Assembly: GCA_037447605.1 (NCBI GenBank)
Contig: CM074816.1
Span: 2,667,635 to 2,731,634 of the forward strand
DNA from: Zygnema circumcarinatum SAG 698-1b
Lineage: Eukaryota; Plantae; Zygnematophyceae
Length of the DNA stretch: 64,000 nucleotides
Direction of reading: 5' to 3'
Below, in pieces: positions 18,711 through 29,693 of this stretch; the first letter of the stretch is position 1; the number at the start of each line of letters is the position of its first letter. A program made the translations under genes and the position numbers. The notes beneath the pieces were generated by a model. That model was not told the DNA's origin. It worked only from the letters and a program-made list of their open reading frames with translations, and did not search any database.

Positions 18711-18847
18711 AAGAAGTGGTTTGACCGCGCGTCACGGACGCGACCATGACAACGTGCGACCAAGCTCGCACGCGCGAACTCGGTTCGCATGCGCGATGTC
18801 AGTTCGCACGAGTGGACCTGCACATGGGCGTCCCGGGGCCTCCAGAG

Positions 18848-18877
18848 TAGGGATGGCTTAATTACGACTATATAATA
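18848..18877 (+). mobile_element. Left end of a hAT-type MITE interrupted by later insertions
   Basis: tagggatggcttaattacgactatataa resembles the left end of the complete element at 26967 (tagggatggattagttacgattatata). No matching right TIR was found. Confidence 0.55.
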
Positions 18878-19876
18878 GGGGGAGTCAGACCTTGACCATC
18901 GCCCGCGGAATTGCAAGATTTCGACCGCGGAAAGGTATTGATTTCGATTTCCGAATTCGGGTCGGAAACCACGGCTCCCCCCGAACCTGTCTGTCACGTC
19001 CGTACGGCGGAATAGGCTACAAAAATGCCCCCAAATTTCAGAATTCCGCGCTCCGAAACGGTCGTTTCGAAATTCCAGCTTTCCGCCGATCAGGAATCGT
19101 GCCCCGCCTTGTCGCCATGCGCGTCACGCATGTGCGAGCGCCTCACCGCCGCCGCCCGGACGCCGCGACCCGCCGCCGCGCAGAGCAGCGTTTCAGGGCT
19201 GGCACAGCTTTAGGGTTTCTCTTTCTCCCACCAACAACACCCACCTTGCGGCAAGCACGTCCTCACGGACCTCTTATGCACCACGGGAGAATGGTCAGCG
19301 AGGACGCGAAGTGACGACGGCGGAGTTGAGCAGCGGTGAGTCCTTGCCCTTGCACCTGCCCCTGCCTCCCTCGCCCTGGCCCATGCCTTCCTTGTCTCCA
19401 TTGCTGCTCTTTCTGCTGCTGCTGCTGCTGGTTTTTTTTTTGCTGCTTCTTTTTCTGCTGCTGTTGCTATTGCTGTGCTGCTGTTGCTCGTGCTGCTGGT
19501 ACTGGCTGCTGCTGCTGCTTCTGCTTCTGCTGTTGTTACTGCTGCTGCTTTTGCTGCTTCTGCTGCTGCTGCTGCTTGCTCCTATTGCTGCTGCTGCTGC
19601 TGCTGCTACTGCTTCTGCTTCTTTTTCTGCTGCTGCTGCTACTACTGCTGTTGTTGTTGCTGTTGGTGGTGGTGCTGCTGCTACTACTGCTGTTGTTGTT
19701 GCTGTTGGTGCTGCTGTTGCTGCTGCTGCTGCTGCTTCTGCTTCTGCTGTTGTTACTGCTGCTGCTTCTGCTGTTGCTACTGCTGCTGCTTCTTTTTCTG
19801 CTGCTGCTACTACTGCTGTTGTTGTTGCTGTTGGTGGTGGTGCTGCTGCTACTATTGCTGTTGTTGTTGCTGTTGG

Positions 19877-19935
<59 letters not shown>

Positions 19936-22900
19936 CTGCTTCTGCTGTTGCTCTTATTGCTTCTGTTTTTTTTGCTGCTGCTTTTTCTACTACTGTTGTT
20001 GCTCCTATTGCTTCTGCTTCTTTTTCTGCTGCTGCTGCTGTTGCTGTGCTGCTGCTCCTACTCCTACTCCTGCTCCTCCTCCTGCTGCTGCTGCTGTTGC
20101 GGTTGCTGCTCTTGCTGCTGCTGCTACAGCATTCATTTTTTTTTTTGGCTGCTGCATTTCGCATTCTGCATTCCGCATTCCCCATTCCGCATTCGGCATT
20201 CCGCATTCCGCATTCTGCCTCCCTTGCACCTGCTCCAGCCTCCCTTGCCTTTGCCCCTTGTTGTGTTGCCCTTGCCTCTGTCTTCCTTGCCTTGTGCCCC
20301 TCGTTCCTTTGCTTATGCTTCTGTTGTGTGTATGATTGTATGGCATTCCTCCCTCTCCCTATTAAGTTGAAGTGGCGAATTGGTTACGCAACTGTTGCAA
20401 AACAGTAATAAAGGGGTTCAAATCCTCTCTTCAACTTGTAGTGTTTATTCACTTTTCTATTTTTATTTATTTAAACTTTTTGTGTTTTTGCTTCATATGC
20501 CAAATATTTGTTGTTATTTTTTTTTAGTTGTTTTTATTCTATCTATCTATTCTTTATTCTATATTTTATCCTATCTGCTGCGGCTGTTGCTCTCGCTGCT
20601 GTTGCAGCATTCATTTTTTTTGTTTTTGATGCTGCATTTTGCAATACGCATTTTGCCTCCCTTGCACCTGCCCCAGCCTCCTTTGCCTTTGCCCCTTGTT
20701 GTGTTGCGCTTACCTTTGTCTTCCTTGCCTTTGCTTGTGCCCCTCATTCCTTTGCTTATGCTACTGTTGTGTGTATGATTGTATGTCATTCCTCCCTCTC
20801 CCCAAGTCAAAGTGGTGAATTGGTTACGCAACCGTTGCAAAACATTGCAACAGTAATAAAGGGGTTCAAATCCCCACTTCAACTTGTAGTGTTTTTATAT
20901 TCTTCTATTTTTATTTATTTAAAGTTTTTGTGTTTTTGCTTTATATGCCAAACATTTGTTGGTATTTTTTTTAGTTGTTTTTATTGCTTTTTACCATCTC
21001 CTTCAAAACTTTGAATTGGGTTGTTGTTGTAAGCGCCAATTTAGAACATTAAGACGCTTCTCCCATGAATGTACAAATGGAAACACAAGTAATGGCTTGT
21101 GTGTGGAATCTCAAGTGAATCACAACGACAAAGACTGGAGTGGGAGAAACAACAATGAGAGTTTACTGAGGCAAGGCGAATCCAAGATGAAGAAGAAGAA
21201 CAAAAATTACAAATATAAGATTCTCAAGAAGAACAAAGATTACACATTATTGGAGCAGCGTAAAAAATCTATTAATGTTAAAACATGATATTATTTGCAT
21301 TTAGAATCGCTTAAAGTAGAATACAGGAGAACTCAAAAAAGTGTGTGCACAAAGAGAGGGAGGGAAGGAGGCCAGGGGGGGTGTCTTACTGACGCCAGTA
21401 CTTACTAAATTGAGAATGAATGGCACAAGTTTTTATAATGAGACATGGTTTTTATTTTGTATACAAAAAGTATTTTTATATATGTTTGTGTGTATGTATA
21501 TATGTGTATGAATTATTTGCGTGAATGTGTTTTTATAAGAACAAAGAAAGAGTAGTAGTTGTGTATGCTACAAGGAAGATTCAGAACCATTTATACAATC
21601 TCATCAATTGAAACAAATAAAGGTAAAAAGCAAAAAAGACAACAAAAAAATAACAACAAATATTTGACATATGAAGCAAAAACGCAAAAACTATGAATGA
21701 ATAAAAATAGAATAAACACTACAAGTCGAAGAGGGAATTTGAACCCTTACTGTTTTGCAATATTTGCGTAACCAATCCACCACTTAACCTTAATTGGAAG
21801 GGGAGGAATAACATACACTCATACACAACACAAGCATAGGCAAAGGAACTGGAGGTGGTAGACTGAGGCAAGGGAGGCAGAATGCGGAATGCGGAATGCG
21901 GAATGCTGAATAGGGAATGCGGAATGCAGAATGTAGCAGCAAAAAAAAAAAGCATGCTGCAACAGCAATAGCAGCAGCAGAAGCAGATAGAATAATATTT
22001 AAAATAAAGAATGGATAGATAGAATAAAAACAACTAGAAAAAATAACAACATATGTTTGGTATATGAAGCAAAAACACAAAAACTTTAAATAAATAAAAA
22101 TAGAAGAATGAATAAACACTACAAGTCAAAGAGGGGATTTGAACCCCTTTATTACTGTTTTGCAACAGTTGCGTAACCAATCCGCCACTTTGACTTAATG
22201 GGGAGGGGGAGGAATAACACACACTCATATCGTGTAATGGCATAAGCGAGGAAGGAGCCGGGAGGCACCAGGCAAAGAAGGAAGGGAGAGACAGGGCAAA
22301 GGGCAACTTACAGCAAGGGGCAAAGGCAAAGGAGGCTAGGGCATGGAGCGGGAGGCCAATCGCGGAATGCGGAATGCAGAATGGGAATGCAAGAATGCAG
22401 AATACCGTCACAGCATCAAAAATAATAAAAATTGCTGCAGCAGTAACAACATAAAAGCAAAAGCAGAAAAAGCAACACCAAAAAAAGCAGCAGCAGCAGC
22501 AGCATCAACAATAGCAGCAGCATAAACAGCAGCAACAGCAGCAGCAGTAGAAAAAGAAGCAATAGCAGCAGCAGCAGCAAGAGTAACAACAAATAGCAAT
22601 AGCAACAGAAAAAGAAGCAGCAGCAGGAGCAGCAACAGGAGCAGCAACAGGAGCAGCAACAGGAGCAGCAACGGGAACAACAGTAGCAACAACAGCAACA
22701 CCAGCAGCAGCAACAGCAGCAACAGCAGCAACAACAGCAGCAACAGCAACAACAGCAGTAACAGCAGCAATAGCAACAACAGCAGCAACAGTAGCAACAG
22801 TAGCAGCAGGAGCTGTAGCAGTAGCAGCAGGATAAGAAGCGACTAGAGCTGCAGCAGTAGCAGCAGAAACAGCAGCAACAGCAGTAGCAGCAGCAGAAGC

Positions 22901-23918
22901 ACAACCACAACAGCAGGATCAGCAGATGAAGAAGAAGAGGCAGCAGCAGCAGCAAAAAAACCAAGAGCAAAAAAAGCAACAGCAACATCAACTGCAGCAG
23001 CAGGAGAGTAGCAGCAGAAATAGTATCAACAGCAGTAGCAGCGGCAGCAGCACAACAACAACAGCAGAAACAGCAGATGAAGAGGAAGAAGAGGCAGCAG
23101 CAGCAGCAAAAAAGCAAGAGCAAAAAAAGCACCAGCATAAGAAGCAGGAGCCACATCAACAACAGCAGCATAAAAAGCAGCAACAGCAGCAGTAGCAAAA
23201 GAGCACCAAGAGGGGAGACAAAGGATGCATGAGCAAGGCGGGGAGGCAGGGGCAGGTGCAAGGCACAGAGGAGGCAGGGGGCAAGGGGAAGGGGGGAGCA
23301 GGGGAAGGGCAGGGAAGGCAGGTGCAGAGGCAAGGGCAAGGGGAGGCAGGTGCAAGGGCACGGGAGGCAGGGGGCAAGGTAAGGGAGGCAGGGGGGAAGG
23401 GCAAGACCACCGTTGCTCAAGTCCGCCGTCGTCCCCATAAACCGATCGCTCTTGCCGTGGTCGACGGCACACCGCTCACCGTTCACTGGGGTGAGGCGAG
23501 AGGACGCTCTGCTCGTTCCGCTGCAAGGATAGCTCGGCCATGGCGAGGGAGGAGCCCTAAACCCTAAACCCGAGCTGATATGAGCTCGCAGCGAGCGAGC
23601 AGGCGGGCAGGCGGCGGGCGCGAGGCGCCGCGGCGGGACGCCGCTCGCGCGGTGGTGACGCGCGTAGCGACAAAACGGAGGGCGGCGGGCGGCAGGCGGC
23701 GGAGGGAGCGCGGGGGGGNNNNNNNNNNGCGCGGGGGGGCGAAAAGGGGGGAGTCAAACCTGGCCCGGAGATACGGAGGCAAAATAATTGCTCTCTGGAA
23801 TTCGTGACGCCCGAGCCTGTCGAACGTCCACTTTTCGCGGAATTGGGCTGCCGTACAACGCGGAATTAGGGCCGGGGGCTTTCTGAATTGATTTGGCGCT
23901 GGTCTGTCTGACTCCCCC
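18878..23918. mobile_element. ~5 kb foldback element with (CTG)n/(CAG)n-rich inverted arms, bounded by GGGGGAGTCAGAC termini and flanked by TA
   Basis: ~19100-21000 is the reverse complement of ~21600-23690 (e.g. gtgacgacggcggagttgagcagcgg vs ccgttgctcaagtccgccgtcgtccc). Each arm contains a duplicated ~400-bp unit. The left terminus equals the 25-bp TIR of the 40584 MITE. Confidence 0.75.
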
Positions 23919-23932
23919 TAATATATATTATA

Positions 23933-24626
23933 GGGGGCGACTATTTACAGTGTACGTTTTCTGAATGTAGTGTACGATTTCGCGGGGCAGCAAAAAAAGG
24001 TTTTTTTTGGCGAAAAATGTTGTTTCACACTTTTCAGAATAGATACAGACCTTTTTTCGTCGGATGTACGGATGGTGATTTGAAATGTACCAAGCGCGCG
24101 CGTCTACAAGGTATAAGGGCGCAACACGTGGAGCGACATGATTGGTCGCGGCAACATATGACGTGGCAAGTATGTTTGGGACCGTGACGTGACGAAACGA
24201 GACGCGAAAAAAGTGGAGTCCGCGGACGGCAGTCGGAAATGGCAGGAATTAAAACTGACAGATTTTTCCTGAAACATGCTACGTTATGTGCCCTATCTTT
24301 TTTTGTCAGTTTGAATTCCCGCCATTTCCGACTGCCGTCCGCGGACTCCACTTGTTCGCGTCACTTTTCGTCACGTCACGGTCCCAAACATACTTGCCAC
24401 GTCATATGTTGCCGCGACCAATCATGTCGCTCCACGTGTTGCGTCATATCGCCGCGATACGTGCGCTTGCAACATTTCAAATTACTATCTGTACATCTGA
24501 CGAAAAAAGGTTTGTATTGATTTAAAGTATGAAACATATTTTTTGCCAAAAAAATCCTTCTTTCGCTGCCTCGGTTAAAGTGAATACAAACACATTCAAA
24601 AAAGGACACTGTAAATAGTCGTCCCC
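23933..24626. mobile_element. ~700-bp foldback MITE
   Basis: Termini gggggcgactatttacagtgt / acactgtaaatagtcgtcccc. Internal near-perfect inverted arms at ~24121-24260 and ~24303-24442. No convincing TSD. Confidence 0.8.
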
Positions 24627-25846
24627 TTTTTGGAAAATGATACAGCCGCTCCACTTTTTGGATATCTGCGCCCCCTTTCGGGAAAATTTGTCCTTTCATT
24701 TTGGCTAATCACGCCCCCACCCTTGGACCTTTCGGGAGGAGAGATCTTGTAGACAATCGGACCCCGCGCCTCGCGCGCAGGATCCGACCGTGCACCGATC
24801 CGACCGTACCGTCATACGGTCGTACGACTGTAAGGTATTATGCGGTACGAATGTACGGTCGTCTGGCTTCACTGACAGAGTGAACCAGACGGACGCATTT
24901 CGCAACGCTGTAGCACAAGATAAGTGGGGTTAAACAAAGACTGCGCGACTAAAATTTGCAGGTCTTTGTCTGACCTACCGCAGCAGCGTCCCGTCTTTGA
25001 AACTAATGAAGGGTTAGGTTGGTTACGTGGGTCTGCTGCGGCATAGAGCGGGATCGGGATTGAGGAGATGCAGCGTGAAGGCGTAGGGATCACGAAGATG
25101 TTCCCAGCGTGAGTTTGGACTCGATCATAAGGAAACCCTTCATGGGGCTCTCTTCCCACTGATATCACTCTCTGCGGCTAGTCTCTTAGCTAGGCTTCTA
25201 GTTATCATCGGTCATTGGGATAAGCGTAAGGCAGANTNGGACNANANGGCAGCTTGGCATAGTTACAGCAAAGGGAAAACAGTGCTCAACTCAGATAAAG
25301 GGTTGCACTCTAGTCATGCAGTTCTGAGTGGGCTGTAATGTCATTACAATGAAATTGTCCTCCATGTGAATTTGTCAGGCGGATGGGTGATCTGCTGCAA
25401 TGCCACCAGGAAACAGAGACTCTTCCTCTCTCTCTCTCTCTCTTTATCTATGGCATGGAACTCTCTCTCTCTCTCTTACTCTTACTTAGCATCTGTTGCT
25501 GTAACTGAAGAGCAAAGAAAAAGAAGAAAGAAGAACAAGACAACAAACCACACAGCAAATACAAATACTAAGCCCAGCACTAAAAGACAAAAAAGCATCA
25601 CGACATCCCATCCACTTACACTCGACAACATACTCCAATCTACAATGGAACTCGATCGGCCAACTGCCCCTTAGCCTGACTGACTACGTGGAAGCCTTCG
25701 GAACAGGCTCACGACCATAACCGCCTCGGCATCTTGCGGCGCTTCCGAGTGCGCCTTGCTGGATGGTGTGCCGTTCCGTGGGCCGCCAACGCATGGCGCC
25801 GCCTTCTCTCAATCTCCGTTGGCAGCTCCTGGATTCCGTTGATCCG

Positions 25847-26163
25847 TGTAACAAACCTGCCCTTGGCAAGGTTCGAACACAGGACCTCCCGGTACCCACA
25901 CCAGTGCTTTACCATTAAAAGGCAACCGCGGATGTAAGTACTAGGCCATACAACACATGTATAGCATTTCGCTACATTCCTCCCCACCTAAACCGGGCTC
26001 GTCCTCGAGCGCACTCAAGGGTTTTCACGAGCAGCGTTCAAGCTCCTTCAACACATGGACCTACGGACTTGGCTGCCCTCCCTCAACCAATCCGTACCAT
26101 GCTCAGAGATCACGGTGTTTTTAGGGTGGATTGCAAATACAGGGCCCTTGGCTCTGATACCAA
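25847..26163 (-). mobile_element. TRIM-like remnant: PBS(iMet), ~190-bp internal region, PPT, and a 130-bp LTR containing a tRNA-like sequence
   Basis: On the minus strand: TGGTATCAGAGC (26162-26151), purine tract AGGTGGGGAGGAA (25989-25977), then an LTR TGTAGC...GTTACA (25976-25847). Confidence 0.65.
25859..25929 (-). ncRNA. Degenerate tRNA-derived sequence (probably not a functional tRNA)
   Basis: 71 nt: GCGGTTG..CTTTTAATGGTAAAG..CTGGT-GTGGGT-ACCGG..GAGGTC..GTTCGAACC..CAAGGGC. The D and anticodon stems pair and the B-box fits GTTCRANNC. The acceptor stem pairs 5/7, the T stem is poor, and the anticodon loop is 6 nt. Confidence 0.55.
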
Positions 26164-26599
26164 TGTAACAACCTGCCTGGCGGTATACGGAATCTAAGTG
26201 TCCCGAGGAAGGGGGAGAGGCGTGAGGCCCGATGCTGGTCTGAAACCGGATGGTCTCCCATCGAGGCGCGACTATAAAGCTCCCCGCCAGACCTACCCGG
26301 CATGGAGGACCCGGGGCCCGGGGCTGCGCCCCAATCCCGAGAGCCACCCCGCCAGCGTGGCGAGATCCTTAAGCGAGTTATCGAGGCGAGGACAACGATA
26401 ATTCGCCGCGCATCACCCAGGCAGCGTCGAGGAGCGGCTGGCGCGCCGTCGTCTGGCGGCTTGGCTGAGTCGGCAGTGGACCGCGGCAAGCGAAATCCGT
26501 ACAGTACGGACGGTACTTGTCAAAAGATGCCGCCGCATCTCGCGGGTCGCGCCGCCGAGCGGCGCGCCGACGTGCGGCGGCGCGCGGCCAAATCTCTGG
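26164..26599 (-). mobile_element. LTR (5' LTR adjoining the PBS), far end lost at the 26600-26609 gap
   Basis: Begins tgtaacaacctgcc directly beside the PBS. The first ~80 nt resemble the LTR end at 46669. Confidence 0.6.
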
Positions 26600-26966
26600 N
26601 NNNNNNNNNCACATCTTGGCGACCTTCGCGGCTGCTTCTAGTGCCGTGTTGTTGGGCCTAGGAGTAGACATCCGTTCAGAAGCTTTTTCTTTGACCTTTA
26701 GTCCATTGTGACCGCTCCCTTTGGTTCCCGATGTTGATTTCCTTCATGTACGTTTGATGGCTTTGCCATCGTGAGTTCAATATATCATCCTCCATCTTTA
26801 TTATGCGTTAACATGTAATAAAGTCTAAAGTTTTAGACTTTCTTGACTTTATTATATCTGACTTTATTGAGCGACCGCCATCGCGCCACGTGGCCCCTTC
26901 CTCTCCACGGCGATTGTCGTGTAGGACGACGACGCAGACTGCCGCCCGCTGAGGTTTTCTCGCCAC

Positions 26967-27342
26967 TAGGGATGGATTAGTTACGATTATATATTATATA
27001 TTATATTATACAACTGTGACGAATAGATAACGGCTGATATATATTAATTTACAACGCCTTTACAACACGTACGGTCGTACGGTCGTACGACTGTACGGTA
27101 TTATGCGGCAGGTGCACCGGTGAACCAGACGGACGCATTTCGCAACGCCAACGCCAAAACGACCTAATTTTGGTATGGTACGACCGTACGACCGTACTCG
27201 TACGGTCGTACGGTCGTTAATTGTTCAAAACGAGTGGGTATAATATATGTAATAAAGTGATTTAGTTTGTAATATATTACTAATTTTAAACCCGTTGTAA
27301 ATTATATAATATATTCGGAATTTATAACGCGGGCCATCCCTA
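26967..27342. mobile_element. hAT (Ac-like) non-autonomous MITE, 376 bp
   Basis: TIR TAGGGATGG/CCATCCCTA with a perfect 8-bp TSD CTCGCCAC (26959-26966 and 27343-27350). Internal GTACGACC/GGTCGTAC repeats. Confidence 0.92.
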
Positions 27343-28315
27343 CTCGCCACACGCCGTGTGCCAGCGATTATAATCATCCAAGTCAACGGTCAAATTCTCC
27401 ATTGGGACAGATTTCGTCGTACAAATGCGATTTTTCCCGTAAAAGTCGTGGATTTTCACGTGGTATGGATTTCCTTGTTGTACGAACAGCCTGTGGAATT
27501 TGCGCCTTCGTTTTTATACGATTACGTCAGCAAGCATGAAGAGGCGAGTTTACTGACGTATTTCTGGAAGAACCGAATCACCATCAAAAAACTGCGGAAA
27601 GAACTGTACGAAACCGAAATCGAGCCTTGGTGCGGCGGTATCGTAGAATATCGTCAGTATCGCATAAACCGAGGGTATTGTATTATATCCGCAGTATGCG
27701 ATATTATTCGGTTCGATACATCTCTAGCAGACGATATATCGTAGTTTTTCGGTCCCCCCATCGAAGGATGCTGCCAAATCGGCTCACTAAAGAGAGGGAA
27801 AAAAAAGGAGGGGTTGTAAGGGGCAGCATGTGGGCTAAAAAAATAACACATGAAGCCGATTTCCGGATTTTTCAGAAGACCATTGTGAGCATGAAGCACG
27901 ATTTTGACCACTTAATTCGAATGAAACGTCACGAAGCACGAACGTGCAATAACTCCAACATGACCTAAAAAAAAAAAAAAAATCGAACGAACGAAGCGAC
28001 TACAAGTTTCACTATAGACTGACTCCTGTACACATGGCAACCTTCTGTGAGCTCAATTTCTCCAGTAGACATCCTACTCTCTGCTTCTATATGTACACAG
28101 TTACAGTTACTGCTTAACAGAGAACTAGCATAGACATATCAGTGGATTCACATTTCGGACATTTCCAGAAGTCTTCACTATCGGCCCTTCTCCTCCCCCC
28201 CAATAAGGTTCAACCTCCAAATAGATCAAATCTTGTAAAGGTTGAAGTTTCTAAGGACTACAGTACAGCTTTCTGGCCAGTTCAACTTCTCGACGAATTC
28301 AACTTTCCGACAGGT

Positions 28316-29562
28316 TTAACTCTCAGAACGCGTCAAAGATGAGCCGTCCTCCGCCAAAACTTGCCACAAATTTTGCAGCGGAAAATACATCAAAACCGGT
28401 AAGACATTTTCCTCAACTACCCACAGCCCCGCCCTAATTTCAGCAGCTAGCTGCCCCTCCCTCCATCCCGCCCTCCCCAAAAACAGATGTCTCGTCACCA
28501 CTTGCTTCTCTCCCCCTCCCTCCCTCCCACCCTTCACCTCTCCCTCATCTCCTCCCTCCCTCTCCTCTTCCCTCTCCCCCTCTCCCACCACCCCCTCCCT
28601 CTCCTTCCCCCCCTCTTCCACTCCTCTTGCATTTTCTCTCCTCACCATAGAACCCTCCTTACTGCTGATATCTCCCACTCTCTCTACCACTACCCCACCT
28701 CCTTCTCCTTCTCCTTCTCCTCCTTCTCGTCCTCCTCCTTCACTCCCTCTACCATCATCCTGACCTAAAAGAGCGATATCTGTACCAAGGCAGAATCCCG
28801 GAGCAATCTGGAGCCGCCACCTGTCCCGGCAGCCAGGTGGCACCGCTCCAGACCAAGAACAAGTACACTGCGGACACCTCAGCAGCAGCAGCCAATCGCG
28901 TCGCGCCACAGGGCCCCCCCAGCTGACCTGTACTGTTTCAGATTTAGCTGCCGCTGCAAGTTCCGCCGAAAGACCTGAAACTTCCCTTTGCAGCTCCTCT
29001 ACCTGCGGGAAAAAACAACGGAAAAATATGCATAGAACGTTAATACAATTTCTGGAAGTGGAAATTTAATCATAGAATGTTAATGCAAAGTAAAGTGACA
29101 GGTAACCGTCAACTAACTTTCTGCAGAATCCTAAAAACAGAACACGGAACCCCAACCTTATAAAGTTGAATGAAAAAAAAAAGGTAAAACTAGGGTAAAG
29201 TACACCGACGTTCAATCCTCGGTTAAAGCTATGTTGAACCTTAAAGAATGCAGGAGGTTGATCCCTAATTTGAGATAAATGATTTTCACTAATAGTGCTT
29301 TTGCTCTCTGTCACAAAGACGCCTTAATGCCTTTATTCAAAGGTTTCGATTTTCCTCTCCCATGGAACTCTCCGTTGAACTGGCCACATGGAACGGTGGG
29401 AAGGCATTACCTGCAGTGGCTTATTCAGGATAACTCCAGATGTTCCACCCCCCTGTCCATGTTCATATATTAACACCTGCAAGACTAAAGAAAGACCAAC
29501 TATAAGGGCTGATGGCTGAATATCTCCCCGCCCTATCCCTATCCCCCCTTCTCTCTCTCTCT

Positions 29563-29609
<47 letters not shown>

Positions 29610-29615
29610 CCTCTC

Positions 29616-29693
<78 letters not shown>

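Noticed and set aside
17729-18861. 330-365 aa Pro/Ser-rich ORFs resembling extensins
   Set aside because: All three frames are open because the 54-bp pyrimidine repeat lacks stops; there are no splice or codon signals.
19295-23486. Poly-Ala/Leu/Cys/Gln ORFs of up to 365 aa
   Set aside because: They derive from the CTG/CAG arms of the foldback element and are mirrored on both strands.
25859-25929. Functional tRNA gene
   Set aside because: The acceptor and T stems are mismatched, the anticodon loop is 6 nt and there is no poly-T terminator. Kept only as tRNA-derived.
27358-27968. 128-aa and 113-aa ORFs
   Set aside because: No recognisable motif; the region is CGATA-rich repeat-like DNA next to a MITE.
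28100-28190. Minus-strand EDFWKCPKCES, resembling a PHD/zinc-finger start
   Set aside because: It lies downstream of the RING-DUF179 stop, is bounded by stops and has no supporting exons.
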